A stretch of DNA of 64,000 nucleotides, taken from assembly GCA_002269645.1 (NCBI GenBank), contig NIVC01000376.1, forward strand, positions 186,001 through 250,000, written 5' to 3'. The notes below the pieces were generated by a model, which was not told the DNA's origin, searched no databases, and saw nothing but the letters and a program-made list of their open reading frames with translations. This stretch comes from Macrostomum lignano. Taxonomy: Eukaryota. Shown here piece after piece: positions 38,287-52,541 of the stretch. Both the position numbers and the translations under genes were made by a program. Numbering within the stretch: position 1 is the stretch's first letter; every line of letters begins with the position of its first letter.

Positions 38287-38758
38287 ATGGCAGGTTTTAA
38301 CAGTCTAGCTTGCCTGCAAACAGCAATTATTAGTTTTCTGCTCCTAATAGAGTTGCCTTTATCAAGCAACGCAGCCGATACCATGCTTACAGGCACCGCG
38401 GTGAAACTTCTCAGCGACGATGAGAAAACTCTGCCAGGAGCTCCGAGATTTGTCAAAGAGCCGGACAAGGAGTACTTCACATCCGCCAGCCAGCCTGCGG
38501 TCATCAGGTGCACAGCCAAGCACGCCACCTACATGACCATCCACTGCAACGGCAAAATGTTGGAGCAGAAAGTGGAAGTTGCTCACGATGTTGACCGGCC
38601 AGATAGGCAGAATTTCCATCTGGCGATTGGCTACGATTTGGTGAGACAGTGGCGCGGCGATGCCTTCTACTGCCAGTGCGAGGCTTGGGCGAGGATCCCC
38701 GACCTGGGCAATGACTACAGGAAAATACTCAGCTCGAAGGGCACCGTGAAATTAGCTG
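38287..38758 (+). CDS. unc-5: UNC5 receptor Ig1 exon (own ATG/signal-like leader from 38287, or entered by splicing at 38351/38393)
   Basis: PRFVKEP...VIRC.A...IHCNG...FYCQCEAW matches UNC5 Ig1 (CNG and Y.CQC.AW hallmarks); donor gtgagt at 38759 (phase 1). Confidence 0.9.
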
Positions 38759-38809
38759 GTGAGTTTATTGTGGGAACATATGAGGAGAGATTGCGCCTGA
38801 AATTAATTA

Positions 38810-40345
38810 GATATGGCGCCTGAAGTCAGTTAGATATGGCGCCTGAAGTCAGTTAGATATGGCGCCTGAAATCAGTTAGAGATGGCGCCTGAAGTCAGTT
38901 AGATATGGCGCCTGAAGTCAGTTAGATATGGCGCCTGAAGTCAGTTAGATATGGCGCCTGAAGTCAGTTAGAGATGGCGCCTGAAGTCAGTTAGAGATGG
39001 CGCCTGAAATAAATTAGATATGGCGCCTAAAGTCAGTTAGAGATGGCGCCTGAAATCAGTTAGAGATGGCGCCTAAAGTCAGTTAGAGATGGCACCTGAA
39101 GTCAGTTTGAGATGGCGCCTGAAGTCAGTTAGAGACGGCGCCTGAAATCAGTTAGAGATGGCGCCTAAAGTCAGTTAGAGATGGCACCTGAAGTCAGTTA
39201 GAGATGGCGCCTGAAGTCAGTTAGAGACGGCGCCTGAAATCAGTTAGAGATGGCACCTGAAATCAGTTAGAGATGGCGCCTGGAGTCAATTAGAGATGGC
39301 ACCTGAAGTCAGTTAGAGATGGCGCCTGAAGTCAATTAGAGATGGCGCCTGAAGTCAGTTAGAGATGGCGCCTGAAGTCAGTTAGAGATGGCGCCTGAAG
39401 TCAGTTAGAGATGGCGCCTGAAATCAGTTAGATATGGCACCTGAAGTCAGTTAGAGATGGCACCTGAAATCAGTTAGAGATGGCGCCTGGAGTCAATTAG
39501 AGATGGCACCTGAAGTCAGTTAGAGATGGCGCCTGAAGTCAATTAGAGATGGCGCCTGAAGTCAGTTAGAGATGGCGCCTGAAGTCAATTAGAGATGGCG
39601 CCTGAAGTCAGTTAGATATGGCACCTGAAGTCAGTTAGAGATGGCACCTGAAATCAGTTAGAGATGGTGCCTGAAGTCAGTTAGAGATGGCGCTTGAAGT
39701 CAGTTAGATATGGCAGCGCCTGAAATCAGTTAGATATGGCGCCTGAAGTCAGTTAGAGATGGCACCTGAAATCAGTTAGATATGGCACCTGAAGTCAGTT
39801 AGAGATGGTGCCTGAAGTCAGTTAGAGATGGCGCTTGAAGTCAGTTAGATATGGCAGCGCCTGAAATCAGTTAGATATGGCGCCTGAAGTCAGTTAGAGA
39901 TGGCACCTGAAATCAGTTAGATATGGCACCTGAAGTCAGTTAGAGATGGTGCCTGAAGTCAGTTAGAGATGGCGCCTGAAGTCAGTTAGAGATGGCGCCT
40001 GAAGTCAGTTAGAGATGGCGCCTGAAATCAGTTAGATATGGCACCTGAAGTCAGTTAGAGATGGCACCTGAAATCAGTTAGAGATGGTGCCTGAAGTCAG
40101 TTAGAGATGGCGCTTGAAGTCAGTTAGATATGGCAGCGCCTGAAATCAGTTAGATATGGCGCCTGAAGTCAGTTAGAGATGGCACCTGAAATCAGTTAGA
40201 TATGGCACCTGAAGTCAGTTAGAGATGGTGCCTGAAGTCAGTTAGAGATGGCGCCTGAAGTCAGTTAGAGATGTCGCCTGAAGTCAGTTAGATATGGCAC
40301 CTGAAGTCAGTTAGAGATGGCGCCTGAAATCAGTTCTAGATATGG
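38810..40345. repeat. 23-bp minisatellite AGATGGCGCCTGAAGTCAGTTAG
   Basis: About 65 copies. Confidence 0.97.
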
Positions 40346-40864
40346 CGCTCAAGTCAGCAGTCGCTAATTTTCTTTCAAAAAATCTGTGCATTTTTCTGGC
40401 TCCCTATTTACAGAAGGGGAATTACTATTCCGACATTATTTACCCAATAAATATCTTTAACCAAACATAATCTAAACTCTAGCTTTCTTAAAAATAAAAC
40501 CAGACAAAATAATTAGAAGGCAGGAAAAACAAATGTATCATTTTTAAACTTCTGAATCAAGCTTTATAGAAAAAGGTTCTTTTTAAAAAATGTATCCAAT
40601 TCAATGAAACAAACTATTTAAAACAAAGGAAGGTGAATTTTTGAATTGCGAAAGCTTTAGTTATTTTTTAATTTTTGGTTGCAAAATTTTTTTCGCAAAG
40701 TTCGGAGTTGCCGCTTGAGTTGGAGAATAAAAACTGGGTACTCACTGTGCTCCGAGCCTGGTGTAGCTCGAAAATCGATTCTTGTTCATCCGCATGTACG
40801 CCGGTTGGCTTGGGATGAACAATGGCTCACTGCGAGGCCGAATACAGTAGAGATGTTTTGCGTC

Positions 40865-42720
40865 TCTTTTCACCCTCTCTTTGACTTCTCGTTACCCTCT
40901 CTTTCCTCTCTCTTTGACTTCTCGTTACCCTCTCTTTCCTCTCTCTTTGACTTCTCGTTACCCTCTCTTTCCTCTCTCTTTGACTTCTCGTTACCCTCTC
41001 TTTCCTCTCTCTTTGACTTCTCGTTACCCTCTCTTTCCCCTCTCTTTGACTTCTCGTTACCCTTTCTTTCCCCTCTCTTTGACTTCTCGTTACCCTCTCT
41101 TTCCCCTCTCTTTGACTTCTCGTTACCCTCTCTTTCCAATCTCTTTGACTTCTCGTTACCCTCTCTTTCCCCTCTCTTTCCCCTCTCTTTCCCCTCTCTT
41201 TGACTTCTCGCTACCCTCTCTTTCCCCTCTCTTTGACTTCTCGTTACCCTCTCTTTCCCCTCTCTTTGACTTCTCGTTACCCTCTCTTTCCCCTCTCTTT
41301 GACTTCTCGTTACCCTCTCTTTCCCCTCTCTTTCCCCTCTCTTTGACTTCTCGCTACCCTCTCTTTCCCCTCTCTTTGACTTCTCGTTACTCTCTCTTTC
41401 CCCTCTCTTTGACTTCTCGCTACCCTCTCTTTCCCCTCTCTTTGACTTCTCGTTACTCTCTCTTTCCCCTCTCTTTGACTTCTCGTTACTCTCTCTTTCC
41501 CCTCTCTTTGACTTCTCGCTACCCTCTCTTTCCCCTCTCTTTGACTTCTCGTTACCCTCTCTTTCCCCTCTCTTTGACTTCTCGTTACCCTCTCTTTCCC
41601 CTCTCTTTCCTCTCTCTTTGACTTCTCGTTACCCTCTCTTTCCTCTCTCTTTGACTTCTCGTTACCCTCTCTTTCCTCTCTCTTTGACTTCTCTTTCCCC
41701 TCTCTTTCCCCTCTCTTTGACTTCTCGTTACCCTCTCTTTCCTCTCTCTTTGACTTCTCGTTACCCTCTCTTTCCCCTCTCTTTGACTTCTCGTTACCCT
41801 TTCTTTCCCCTCTCTTTGACTTCTCGTTACCCTCTCTTTCCCCTCTCTTTGACTTCTCGTTACCCTCTCTTTCCAATCTCTTTGACTTCTCGTTACCCTC
41901 TCTTTCCCCTCTCTTTCCCCTCTCTTTGACTTCTCGCTACCCTCTCTTTCCCCTCTCTTTGACTTCTCGTTACCCTCTCTTTCCCCTCTCTTTGACTTCT
42001 CGTTACCCTCTCTTTCCCCTCTCTTTGACTTCTCGTTACCCTCTCTTTCCCCTCTCTTTCCCCTCTCTTTGACTTCTCGCTACCCTCTCTTTCCCCTCTC
42101 TTTGACTTCTCGTTACTCTCTCTTTCCCCTCTCTTTGACTTCTCGCTACCCTCTCTTTCCCCTCTCTTTGACTTCTCGTTACTCTCTCTTTCCCCTCTCT
42201 TTGACTTCTCGTTACCCTCTCTTTCCCCTCTCTTTGACTTCTCGCTACCCTCTCTTTCCCCTCTCTTTGACTTCTCGTTACTCTCTCTTTCCCCTCTCTT
42301 TGACTTCTCGTTACCCTCTCTTTCCCCTCTCTTTGACTTCTCGTTACCCTCTCTTTCCCCTCTCTTTGACTTCTCGTTACTCTCTCTTTCCCCTCTCTTT
42401 GACTTCTCGTTACCCTCTCTTTACCCTCTCTTTCCCCTCTCTTTGACTTCTCGTTACTCTCTCTTTCCCCTCTCTTTGACTTCTCGTTACCCTCTCTTTA
42501 CCCTCTCTTTCCCCTCTCTTTGACTTCTCGTTACCCTCTCTTTACCCTCTCTTTCCCCTCTCTTTGCCCTCTCGTTACCCTTTCTTTCCCCTCTCTTTAC
42601 CCTCTCTTTACCTTCCCTCTCTTTACCTTCTCTTTCCCCTCCCGTTGCCCTCTCTGTGCCCTCTTTTTATCCCCTCTGTACCCTCTTTTTCCTTAATCTT
42701 TACCCTCTCTTTCCCCTCTT
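40865..42720. repeat. 33-bp minisatellite TTTGACTTCTCGTTACCCTCTCTTTCCCCTCTC
   Basis: Tandem copies with an internal block duplication of about 737 bp. Confidence 0.96.
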
Positions 42721-43444
42721 CTCAAAACTCTTCTCTGTATGTATTACTATCCAGCTCGCGGTTAAAAATTGTTATTGTCAGAATTATTTATTCGGTTTCT
42801 TTCCGAAGACACTATAATAAACCTATAGCGTGTATCATACAACCAGATCAAGTTTCTAATGCTCTTACAAAGCTTTCAAGGCTTACAAGCAGAGAAAAGT
42901 TACGCAACGAAGTTTTCGATTTCAACCAAGAACTGGGACTGGACCCCCCGTTGCGCGCGCTGTGGTTGCTGTTCCGGTCTTTGTTACGCTTCAATAGATC
43001 TCTGCATGTATATAATATATGCGTGCGGTTGCACAAAGACTAAATTAATGACTAGTAGCCACATGCCACATGGGGCTGAGAAGCTCCTACTCTCAACAAT
43101 AGAGCCATAATAATGAGTTGACACCGGCGCTTGACGATGACCGATCGATGGGATTTGGGCCGATGGGAAGACGATTTATACAAAGCCCCTAGTTTGACTT
43201 GACCTTGTAACTTTGACTTAATCAGTAAAGGAGATCGCAGAATTCTTGAGACTTTTTTTGAGGAAGCGACGTAGCGCACTTCCCAGACATCCGACAGAGA
43301 GTTGTTGGAGTGTTGCCGAAAGTTCCGGTGTGAGTGAAATCCCTATTCTGAGATGCCTGATTTTCTGTGCAATTGCAAGTATTTGACTTTCAATTTATGC
43401 TAATTAGTTTAGCTAGTTAAATGAAAATAGAAAGTCAGAAGCAG

Positions 43445-43980
43445 GTAGATAGAACATAGATAGACAGAGAGATAGAACACATATAGACGGAGATAGAACA
43501 CAGACAGGGAGATAGAACACAGATAGACAGGGAGATAGAACACAGAGTAGACAGGGAGATAGAACACAGAGTAGACAGGGAGATAGAACCCAGGTAGACA
43601 GGGAGATAGAACACAGAGTAGACAGGGAGATAGAACACAGATAGACAGGGAGATGGAACACATATAGACAGGGAGATAGAACACCAATAGACAGGGAGAT
43701 GGAACCCAGGTAGACAGGGAGATAGAACACATATAGACAGGGAGATGGAACCCAGGTAGACAGGGAGATAGAACACATATAGACAGGGAGATAGAACACC
43801 AATAGACAGGGAGATGGAACCCAGGTAGACAGGGAGATAGAATACGGATAGACAGGGATATAGAACATAGATAGACAAAAATGAAACACAGATAGAAAGG
43901 GACCCAGATAGACACGGAGATAGAACACAGATACCCTGGTAGACAGGGAGATAGAACACAGGTAGACAGGGAGATGAACA
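43445..43980. repeat. 24-bp minisatellite GTAGACAGGGAGATAGAAC..
   Basis: Tandem copies. Confidence 0.92.
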
Positions 43981-44579
43981 GATGGGCTGCTTTCAGTTAG
44001 CTCCTAGACTTTAAAGTCCATTGTTTTTTAAGCATCGCATTCTCCGGTAAAGCATACAGAAAATGAGTAGCATTTTGGTGGATTTTATTACACAACTCTT
44101 TAAACTGTTTGATAATACGCTGAAATGCTGACTGACAGACGCGCTGGTGGTGTGCTGCATTCCTATACAAGATGGGGAAAAGCAACACTGATGATGGGAA
44201 ATGGGATGCTATAGATAAAGCTTCTTTTGGGAAAACTAGAAAATTGTTCATCAGCTTTTGTCAGACGGTTTTCTCGTGTTTTTAATTACCTCTCAGGGTC
44301 GGACAAGGGCCTCGGCGCTCTGGCTGAGAGATAAGATAAGCTGCTAGGAATTGACGAACGCACACTATTGAATGGGAAGGTGATGCCGCGAGGAATTTGA
44401 GACTTACATGTAGCACCAAACTATTCCTTGGACGCCTAAAAGCATGCATGTATGTTAGGGACTTTCTAGAGAATGCAAAATTAGTTATGATTTGTTCCTG
44501 GCCGTAGCTCGTACCTCGTCTTTTTGGCTGCAGCGGAGATAGAAGGATCACTCTTAAACAAAATGTGGAAACGGAGTTA

Positions 44580-44900
44580 GGGGCAGCAGCACCCCAGTAA
44601 ATGAGCGGGGAACGGGGGTAGATGGGTAGAGGGGCAGCAGCACCCCATTAAATGAGCGGGGAACGGGGGTAGATGGGTAGAGGGGCAGCAGCACCCCATT
44701 AAATGAGCGGGGAACGGGGGTAGAGGGGTAGAGGGGCAGCAGCACCCCATTAAATGAGCGGGGAATGGGGGTAGAGGGGTAGAGGGGCAGCAGCACCCCA
44801 CTAAATGAGCGGGGAACGGGGTCAGGGGGGGTAGAGGGGCAGCAGCACCCCACTAAATGAACAGGGAATGGGCGTAGAGGGGAGCAGCATCCCATTAAAT
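44580..44900. repeat. About 51-bp G-rich minisatellite
   Basis: ggggcagcagcaccccattaaatgagcgggg... about 6 copies. Confidence 0.9.
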
Positions 44901-45363
44901 GAACGCGAGTAGAGTGTGGGAGTGGGGTATAGGGGTCATATTAAGCCTAAAACACAGTTCAAGTACGGTGTCCGAGCGTATATGCTCGTAAATTTCAGGG
45001 ATGTAATGCTTATTAGACAAATAACTTCTCACTGAGGATGGAGCTTTATCAGAGAAATCTACACCCAAGCATCTATTCATCCAAATTTGTTTTCAAGATA
45101 TGCAGAGAAAAAAAGAGTCAATTTGGCGGCAAACAGAGTCGGCGGAGAACTCTGAGAACACTGCTCAAGCTCCAGTCTCTAATGGCCATCAACTCGGGGG
45201 GGACGGAAATCACTTAGGATAAATTGAATTTTTCATCCAATTCTAGAATTTTCTTCTCATTCATGCACTATTTTGCATTCAAATCTAAATGGAAGGCGTT
45301 GAATAGTCAGTGTTCTTCCTAACAACTATATAAAATCTATTCAATACTAACTATAGTCTCTTA

Positions 45364-46203
<840 letters not shown>

Positions 46204-46739
46204 TTAATTATCTCCCCAGCAATCAGACCTGCGCTTACGAGCCCACAGTTCCATTAGCTACCGTCATTTTTCGCTGAGGCATTTTCAGAAAAATGACGTT
46301 TGCCAGATCAGATATATCAGATTTTGTATAAGCGCAAAACTGTTCACGAATTCTGTTCCATAAATTCCTTAATGTTTGAGGGAGTTTCTCACGAAACCGA
46401 GAGCAGCAGGTGCGCCTTCCTCGCCTTGGTAACAGAAATTCGAGAAATGGCAAAGAGAATAATAGGGGGGGGGGCAGGGAGAGCTAGCGTGACTGCTTGT
46501 AATTTTCTGCTTGTGTGATCTTTCATTGTTGCTCTTTGAGTTTGAGTTTTCTGTCTTCGTTCCACTGTTAGTCAGGAACAGGATTATGAGAAATTCTATC
46601 TATCATTGTTGTTTTCAAGTAACATGAGATGAGATATTTTGTTATAGTCATTTAATATTTGTTGCGGTCATGGACAGTTCTATGACTGATTAGTCATGCT
46701 AAATCACTGAATGTCTATGACCTGCTACAGCCAGTCATT

Positions 46740-47365
46740 AGTCTTATGGATAATTGGTCATAGACATTCATTGTTATGGATAATTGGTCATAGACATTCA
46801 GTGTTATGGATAGTTGGTCATAGACATCCAGTCTTATGGATAATTGGTCATAGACATTCAGTATGGATAATTGGTCATAGACATTCAGTCTTATGGATAA
46901 TCGGTCATAGACATTCAGTCTTATAGATAATTGGTCATAGACATTCAGTCTTATAGGTAATTGGTCATAGACATTCAGTCTTATAGGTAATTGGTCATAG
47001 ACATTCAGTCTTATAGGTAATTGGTCATAGACATTCAGTCTTATAGATAATTGGTCATAGACATTCAGTCTTATAGATAATTGGTCATAGACATTCAGTC
47101 TTATAGATAATTGGTCATAGACATTCAGTCTTATAGATAATTGGTCATAGACATTCAGTCTTATAGATAATTGGTCATAGACATTCAGTCTTATGGATAA
47201 TTGGTCATAGACATTCAGTCTTATAGATAATTGGTCATAGACATTCAGTCCTATGGATAATTGGTCATAGACATTCATTGTTATGGATAATTGGTCATAG
47301 ACATTCAGTGTTATGGATAATTGGTCATAGACATCCAGTCTTATGGATAATTGGCCATAGAAAAT
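46740..47365. repeat. 30-bp minisatellite ATTGGTCATAGACATTCAGTCTTAT(A/G)GATA
   Basis: About 20 copies. Confidence 0.95.
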
Positions 47366-47557
47366 CAGAATCCAGACTATTTAGTCACAGACAATCCCTA
47401 TTATGACTAATTAGTCATAGACAATCCATATCATGACTAATCGGTCATAAAAATCAGTCAAATGACGACTTGATCATATTTACTTATGACTAACCTGTCC
47501 TGCCACAATAAATAGCGATGTGATTACAGTAGACTACAAAACCAATTTCGCCGCCAG

Positions 47558-47744
47558 GTGAGCTGGCTCAAGAACGGCCATCCGTTGAACCTGACTGAAC
47601 CAGACGGCGCTCGATTCACCGTGGATCACCAGGGCCAGCTCATCATCCGACCGCTGAGGCTGGAGGATGCCGGCAACTACAGCTGCGTGGCCGAGATTCT
47701 GGGCGTGAAGGTCCGGTCCAAATCGGCCAGTCTGATTATTCATG
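47558..47744 (+). CDS. unc-5: UNC5 Ig2 C-terminal exon
   Basis: VSWLKNG...LIIRPLRLEDAGNYSCVAE...RSKSASLIIH: I-set W and D.G.Y.C motifs; donor gtgagt at 47745 (phase 1). Confidence 0.92.
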
Positions 47745-47819
47745 GTGAGTTGGGGGAGATAGGAACGGTGGAAAGGTGAGATGCATGGAAGTAGGTAGGG
47801 ATCAAGATGTAGGGATCTG

Positions 47820-48240
47820 GATAGAGATGAGATGCAGGGAGCTTAGATAGAGATGAGATGCAGGGAGCTTAGATAGAGATGAGATGCAGGGAGCTTAGAT
47901 AGAGATGAGATGCAGGGAGATAGATAGAGATGAGATGCAGGGAGCTAGATAGGGATGAGATGCAGGGAGATAGATAGAGATGAGATGCAGGGAGCTAGAT
48001 AGGGATGAGATGCAAGGAGCTGGAATGAGATGAGATGCAGGGAGCTAGATAGAGATGAGATGCAGGGAGCTAGATAGAGATGAGATGCAGGGAGCTAGAT
48101 AGAGATTAGATACAGGGAGCTAGATATAGATTATATGTAGGGAGCTAGATAAAGATGAGATGCAGGGAGATAGATAGAGATGAGATGAGATGAGAGATGA
48201 GATGAGAGATGAGATGAGAGATGAGATGAGATAAGGATGA
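47820..48240. repeat. 25-26-bp minisatellite GATAGAGATGAGATGCAGGGAGCTA
   Basis: Tandem copies. Confidence 0.92.
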
Positions 48241-48799
48241 TGCAGCACAGTTTCAATCGAACAGCTGCATCTGTTTCATTCCAGAATAAAACGCTGCTTT
48301 AACAAACATTAACCCAGAAATGATCGCATCCCAATAAAATATCAAAGCAAAAATATTTTCTTTGGCAATGAAAACCTACAGACATATTAAGAACAGGCCT
48401 TGCCTCTCTTAAATGGTCATTTGAAAAGAATTCTCTTACGGGGAAATGATAAATATCTTCTGGATTCTGCAACAGCTGCTCGCCTCCCCCTAGAAGAGGA
48501 AAAAAAGAATCCTATTTGGATTTCTCTTCGCTTTCGCCAGAAGACATTGTTGTTGACCACTTTATGATTTTACAAGAAGCAATAGTCATTGGAACAGCCA
48601 AGAACAGACAACGGTTGCGGCGTGGATGAAAGAAAACATTTCCTGGCCCTCCGGCCCCGGATGACGAATTGCCGATGCCCGTTGCTTCTGAAGAGAAACT
48701 TCTGTCGCAGGCCACCAAAGTCGTGGAATTTCCTTGCTGAAATCTGATGAATGAGACGGAACTGATGGCCCTCATAGATTCTTGTCTAAGGATCGATTT

Positions 48800-49690
48800 C
48801 CCTTCATCTCCGACCCTGCGTGACTTCGATCCCTTTATCTCCGACCCTGCGTCACTTCGATCCCTTCATCTCCGACCCTGCGTCACTTCGATCCCTTCAT
48901 CTCCGACCCTGGTGTCACTTCGATCCTTTCATCTCCGACCCTGGTGTCACTTTGATCCCTTCATCTCCGACCCTGCGTCACTTTGATCCCTTCATCTCCG
49001 ACCCTGCGTCACTTCGATCCCTTCATCTCCGACCCTGGTGTCACTTCGATCCCTTCATCTCCGACCCTGGTGTCACTTTGATCCCTTCATCTCCGACCCT
49101 GCGTCACTTCGATCCCTTCATCTCCGACCCTGGTGTCACTTCGATCCCTTCATCTCCGACCCTGCGTCACTTCGATCCCTTCATCTCCGACCCTGGTGTC
49201 ACTTCGATCCTTTCATCTCCGACCCTGCGTCACTTCGATCCCTTCATCTCCGACCCTGCGTCACTTCGATCCCTTCATCTCCGACCCTGGTGTCACTTTG
49301 ATCCCTTTATCTCCGACCCTGCGCCACTTCGATCCCTTCATCTCCGACCCTGGTGTCACTTCGATCCCTTCATCTCCGACCCTGGTGTCACTTTGATCCC
49401 TTCATCTCCGACCCTGCGTCACTTCGATCCCTTCATCTCCGACCCTGGTGTCACTTTGATCCCTTCATCTCCGACCCTGCGCCACTTCGATCCCTTCATC
49501 TCCGACCCTGGTGTCACTTCGATCCCTTCATCTCCGACCCTGCGTCACTTTGATCCCTTCATCTCCGACCCTGCGTCACTTCGATCCCTTCATCTCCGAC
49601 CCTGGTGTCACTTCGATCCCTTCATCTCCGACCCTGGTGTCACTTCGATCCCTTCATCTCCGATCCTGCGTCACTTCGATCCCTTCATCT
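48800..49690. repeat. 31-32-bp minisatellite CACTTCGATCCCTTCATCTCCGACCCTG(C/GT)GT
   Basis: About 28 copies. Confidence 0.95.
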
Positions 49691-50469
49691 CGAACCCTTC
49701 CCCACTGTTTATATCTACTTTTAACACGAATCCATTGGGAACTGGAACTACACAGACTCTCGCTATTGTACAAACCAGAACAAAGAAAACACCAACACTT
49801 TCGATACATATCGTGTATTGCCCAGATCTGCAGCGCCTCTAACCCCAGTCCACTCTGTCAACTTCAGTCCGACTGTAAATAATTATTTTTTAGCTTTCAC
49901 CCCCCCTCTGGCCCGGCTAATCCCCAAAGCCCCGGAGAGGGCGACTTAAGGGTATAAAGGGGGGCAGCAGTTGCCGGCCAGGTAGAGGCAGACAACTTTC
50001 TGGGGGATTAGAGGCTGGGGGGATTTTTCAGGAGCAAGGATAATCTCCCCGTGCCATCTCTGGGACTTAGGGGTCGGCATATTTTCTAGCTCGGCCGCAA
50101 TTCAAAACACACACACGCGCGCAGTGGAACTAACAAACTGATGACGAACGCTGAAGATGATGAAGGATTCAAGGGCTGCTGAATGCTTAGATTTTTCTTT
50201 CTTTGGAAGTCTCTCTGAAAGTGACTTAAGACTTTTGAGGATTTGTTCAATCGGCAGGAGACCAGCAAAATTCGCGATCTGAACAGCACGGCAGAGCGCA
50301 GTGGTGGGAAGATCCGAATCGATGTGGGGAGGGGCGGGTTGAGAGAAGTACTTTGTTTGGGACATTTCATCCTCCACTTCTGTTTAGGTTGTAAACAGAT
50401 GGTTTTGTATACTATCATGTAGGGGTGGAATAGGTACGGATGCGAAAGAAAAGTTCGATGAAACGGTGT

Positions 50470-50712
50470 AGAAAGATACAGAAAGATTCAGAAAGATTCA
50501 GAAAGATACAGAAAGATACAGAAAGATACAGAATGATACAGAATGAAACAGAAAGATACAGAAGGATACAGAATGATACAGAAAGATACAGAAAGATACA
50601 GAAAGATACAGAAAGATACAGAAAGATACAGAATGACACAGAATGATACAGAATGATACAGAAAGATGCAGAATGAAACAGAAAGATACAGAAAGATACA
50701 GAAAGATACAAA
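50470..50712. repeat. 10-bp repeat (GATACAGAAA)n
   Basis: Tandem copies. Confidence 0.93.
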
Positions 50713-51219
50713 ACGGCTATTAAAAGATGCGAACAGATATTCAGAAAGATGTCATTAGAAAGCAAAACAAACCGCAGTTCACTTTCCCGCCTAGAAGAGT
50801 TTCAGCCCTCAGAGGCCTCATCGGCCAATAAACTTGATTTTTCCACTTCAAGGCCTCTCTCTCTCGCCTCTTGGATTTCTGCTTCTAAGAAAAATCTGTG
50901 GCGGTTGACCGAGCCGCACACTGCGGGCCGTATGAATTAATTTCCCTTCCGAATTTATATTTCAATATATCGAGAGTTCGGCTGGCCCCAGCCCTTACAC
51001 CATTCCCAGCGCCACCGTCAGGACCGCGGTGCAGGCTGGCCAGTATCAATCATTGAGCAAATTTGCACCCAAGCAGCTCAGGCGTGAGGGCTGGGGTGGC
51101 GCCGGTCAGGCCGTCTTCCCTCTTCCATTTTTCTTTATTTCTTCATCAATTTCTGAAGTTCGACCCAGCTAAAATTCGGCCCATCATCTGTATGCAGATT
51201 ATAAAACAGTACAGACTTT

Positions 51220-52480
51220 GGCCCAGCAGCTGGGGATCTGGGAGGCTGGCCCAGCAACTGGGGATCTGGGAGGCTGGCCCAGCAACTGAGGATCTGGGAG
51301 GCTGGCCCAGCAACTGAGGATCTGGGAGGCTGGCTCAGCAACTGAGGATGTGAGAGGCTGGCCCAGCAGCTGAGGATCTGGGAGGCTGACCCAGCAACTG
51401 GGGATCTGGGAGGCTGGCCCAGCAACTGCGGATCTGGGAGGCTGGCCCAGCAACTGCGGATCTGGGAGGCTGGCCCAGCAACTGCGGATCTGGGAGGCTG
51501 GCCCAGCAACTGCGGATCTGGGAGGCTGGCCCAGCAACTGTGGATCTGGGAGGCTGGCTTAGCAACTGGGGATCTGAGAGGCTGGCCCAGCAACTGAGGA
51601 TCTGGGAGGCTGGCTTAGCAACTGGGGATCTGAGAGGCTGGCCCAGCAACTGAGGATCTGGGAGGCTGGCCCAGCAACTGAGGATCTGGGAGGCTGGCTC
51701 AGCAACTGAGGATGTGAGAGGCTGGCCCAGCAGCTGAGGATCTGGGAGGCTGACCCAGCAACTGGGGATCTGGGAGGCTGGCCCAGCAACTGCGGATCTG
51801 AGAGGCTGGCCCAGCAACTGCGGATCTGGGAGGCTGGCCCAGCAACTGCGGATCTGGGAGGCTGACCCAGCAACTGCGGATCTGGGAGGCCGGCCCAGCA
51901 ACTGCGGATCTGGGAGGCTGGCCCAGCAACTGCGGATCTGGGAGGCTGGCCCAGCAACTGTGGATCTGGGAGGCTGGCTTAGCAACTGGGGATCTGAGAG
52001 GCTGGCCCAGCAACTGAGGATCTGGGAGGCTGGCTTAGCAACTGGGGATCTGAGAGGCTGGCCCAGCAACTGAGGATCTGGGTGGCTGGCTCAGCAACTG
52101 GGGATCTGAGAGGCTGGCCCAGCAACTGCGGATCTGGGAGGCTGGCCCAGCAACTGCGGATCTGGGAGGCTGGCCCAGCAACTGCGGATCTGGGAGGCTG
52201 GCCCAGCAACTGCGGATCTGGGAGGCTGGCCCAGCAACTGTGGATCTGGGAGGCTGGCTTAGCAACTGGGGATCTGAGAGGCTGGCCCAGCAACTGAGGA
52301 TCTGGGAGGCTGGCTTAGCAACTGGGGATCTGAGAGGCTGGCCCAGCAACTGAGGATCTGGGTGGCTGGCTCAGCAACTGGGGATGTGAGAGGCTGGCCC
52401 AGCAACTGAGGATCTGGGTGGCTGGCTCAGCAACTGGGGATCTGGGAGGCTGGTCCAGCATCTACGGATCTGGGAGGCCA
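51220..52480. repeat. 28-bp minisatellite GGCTGGCCCAGCAACTG(C/A/G)GGATCTGGGA
   Basis: About 45 copies. Confidence 0.96.
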
Positions 52481-52541
52481 GCGGCATACAGAAACCAAGC
52501 ACAAAAATCCTATTACACACCGAACTCCTGCCTCAACCCAG

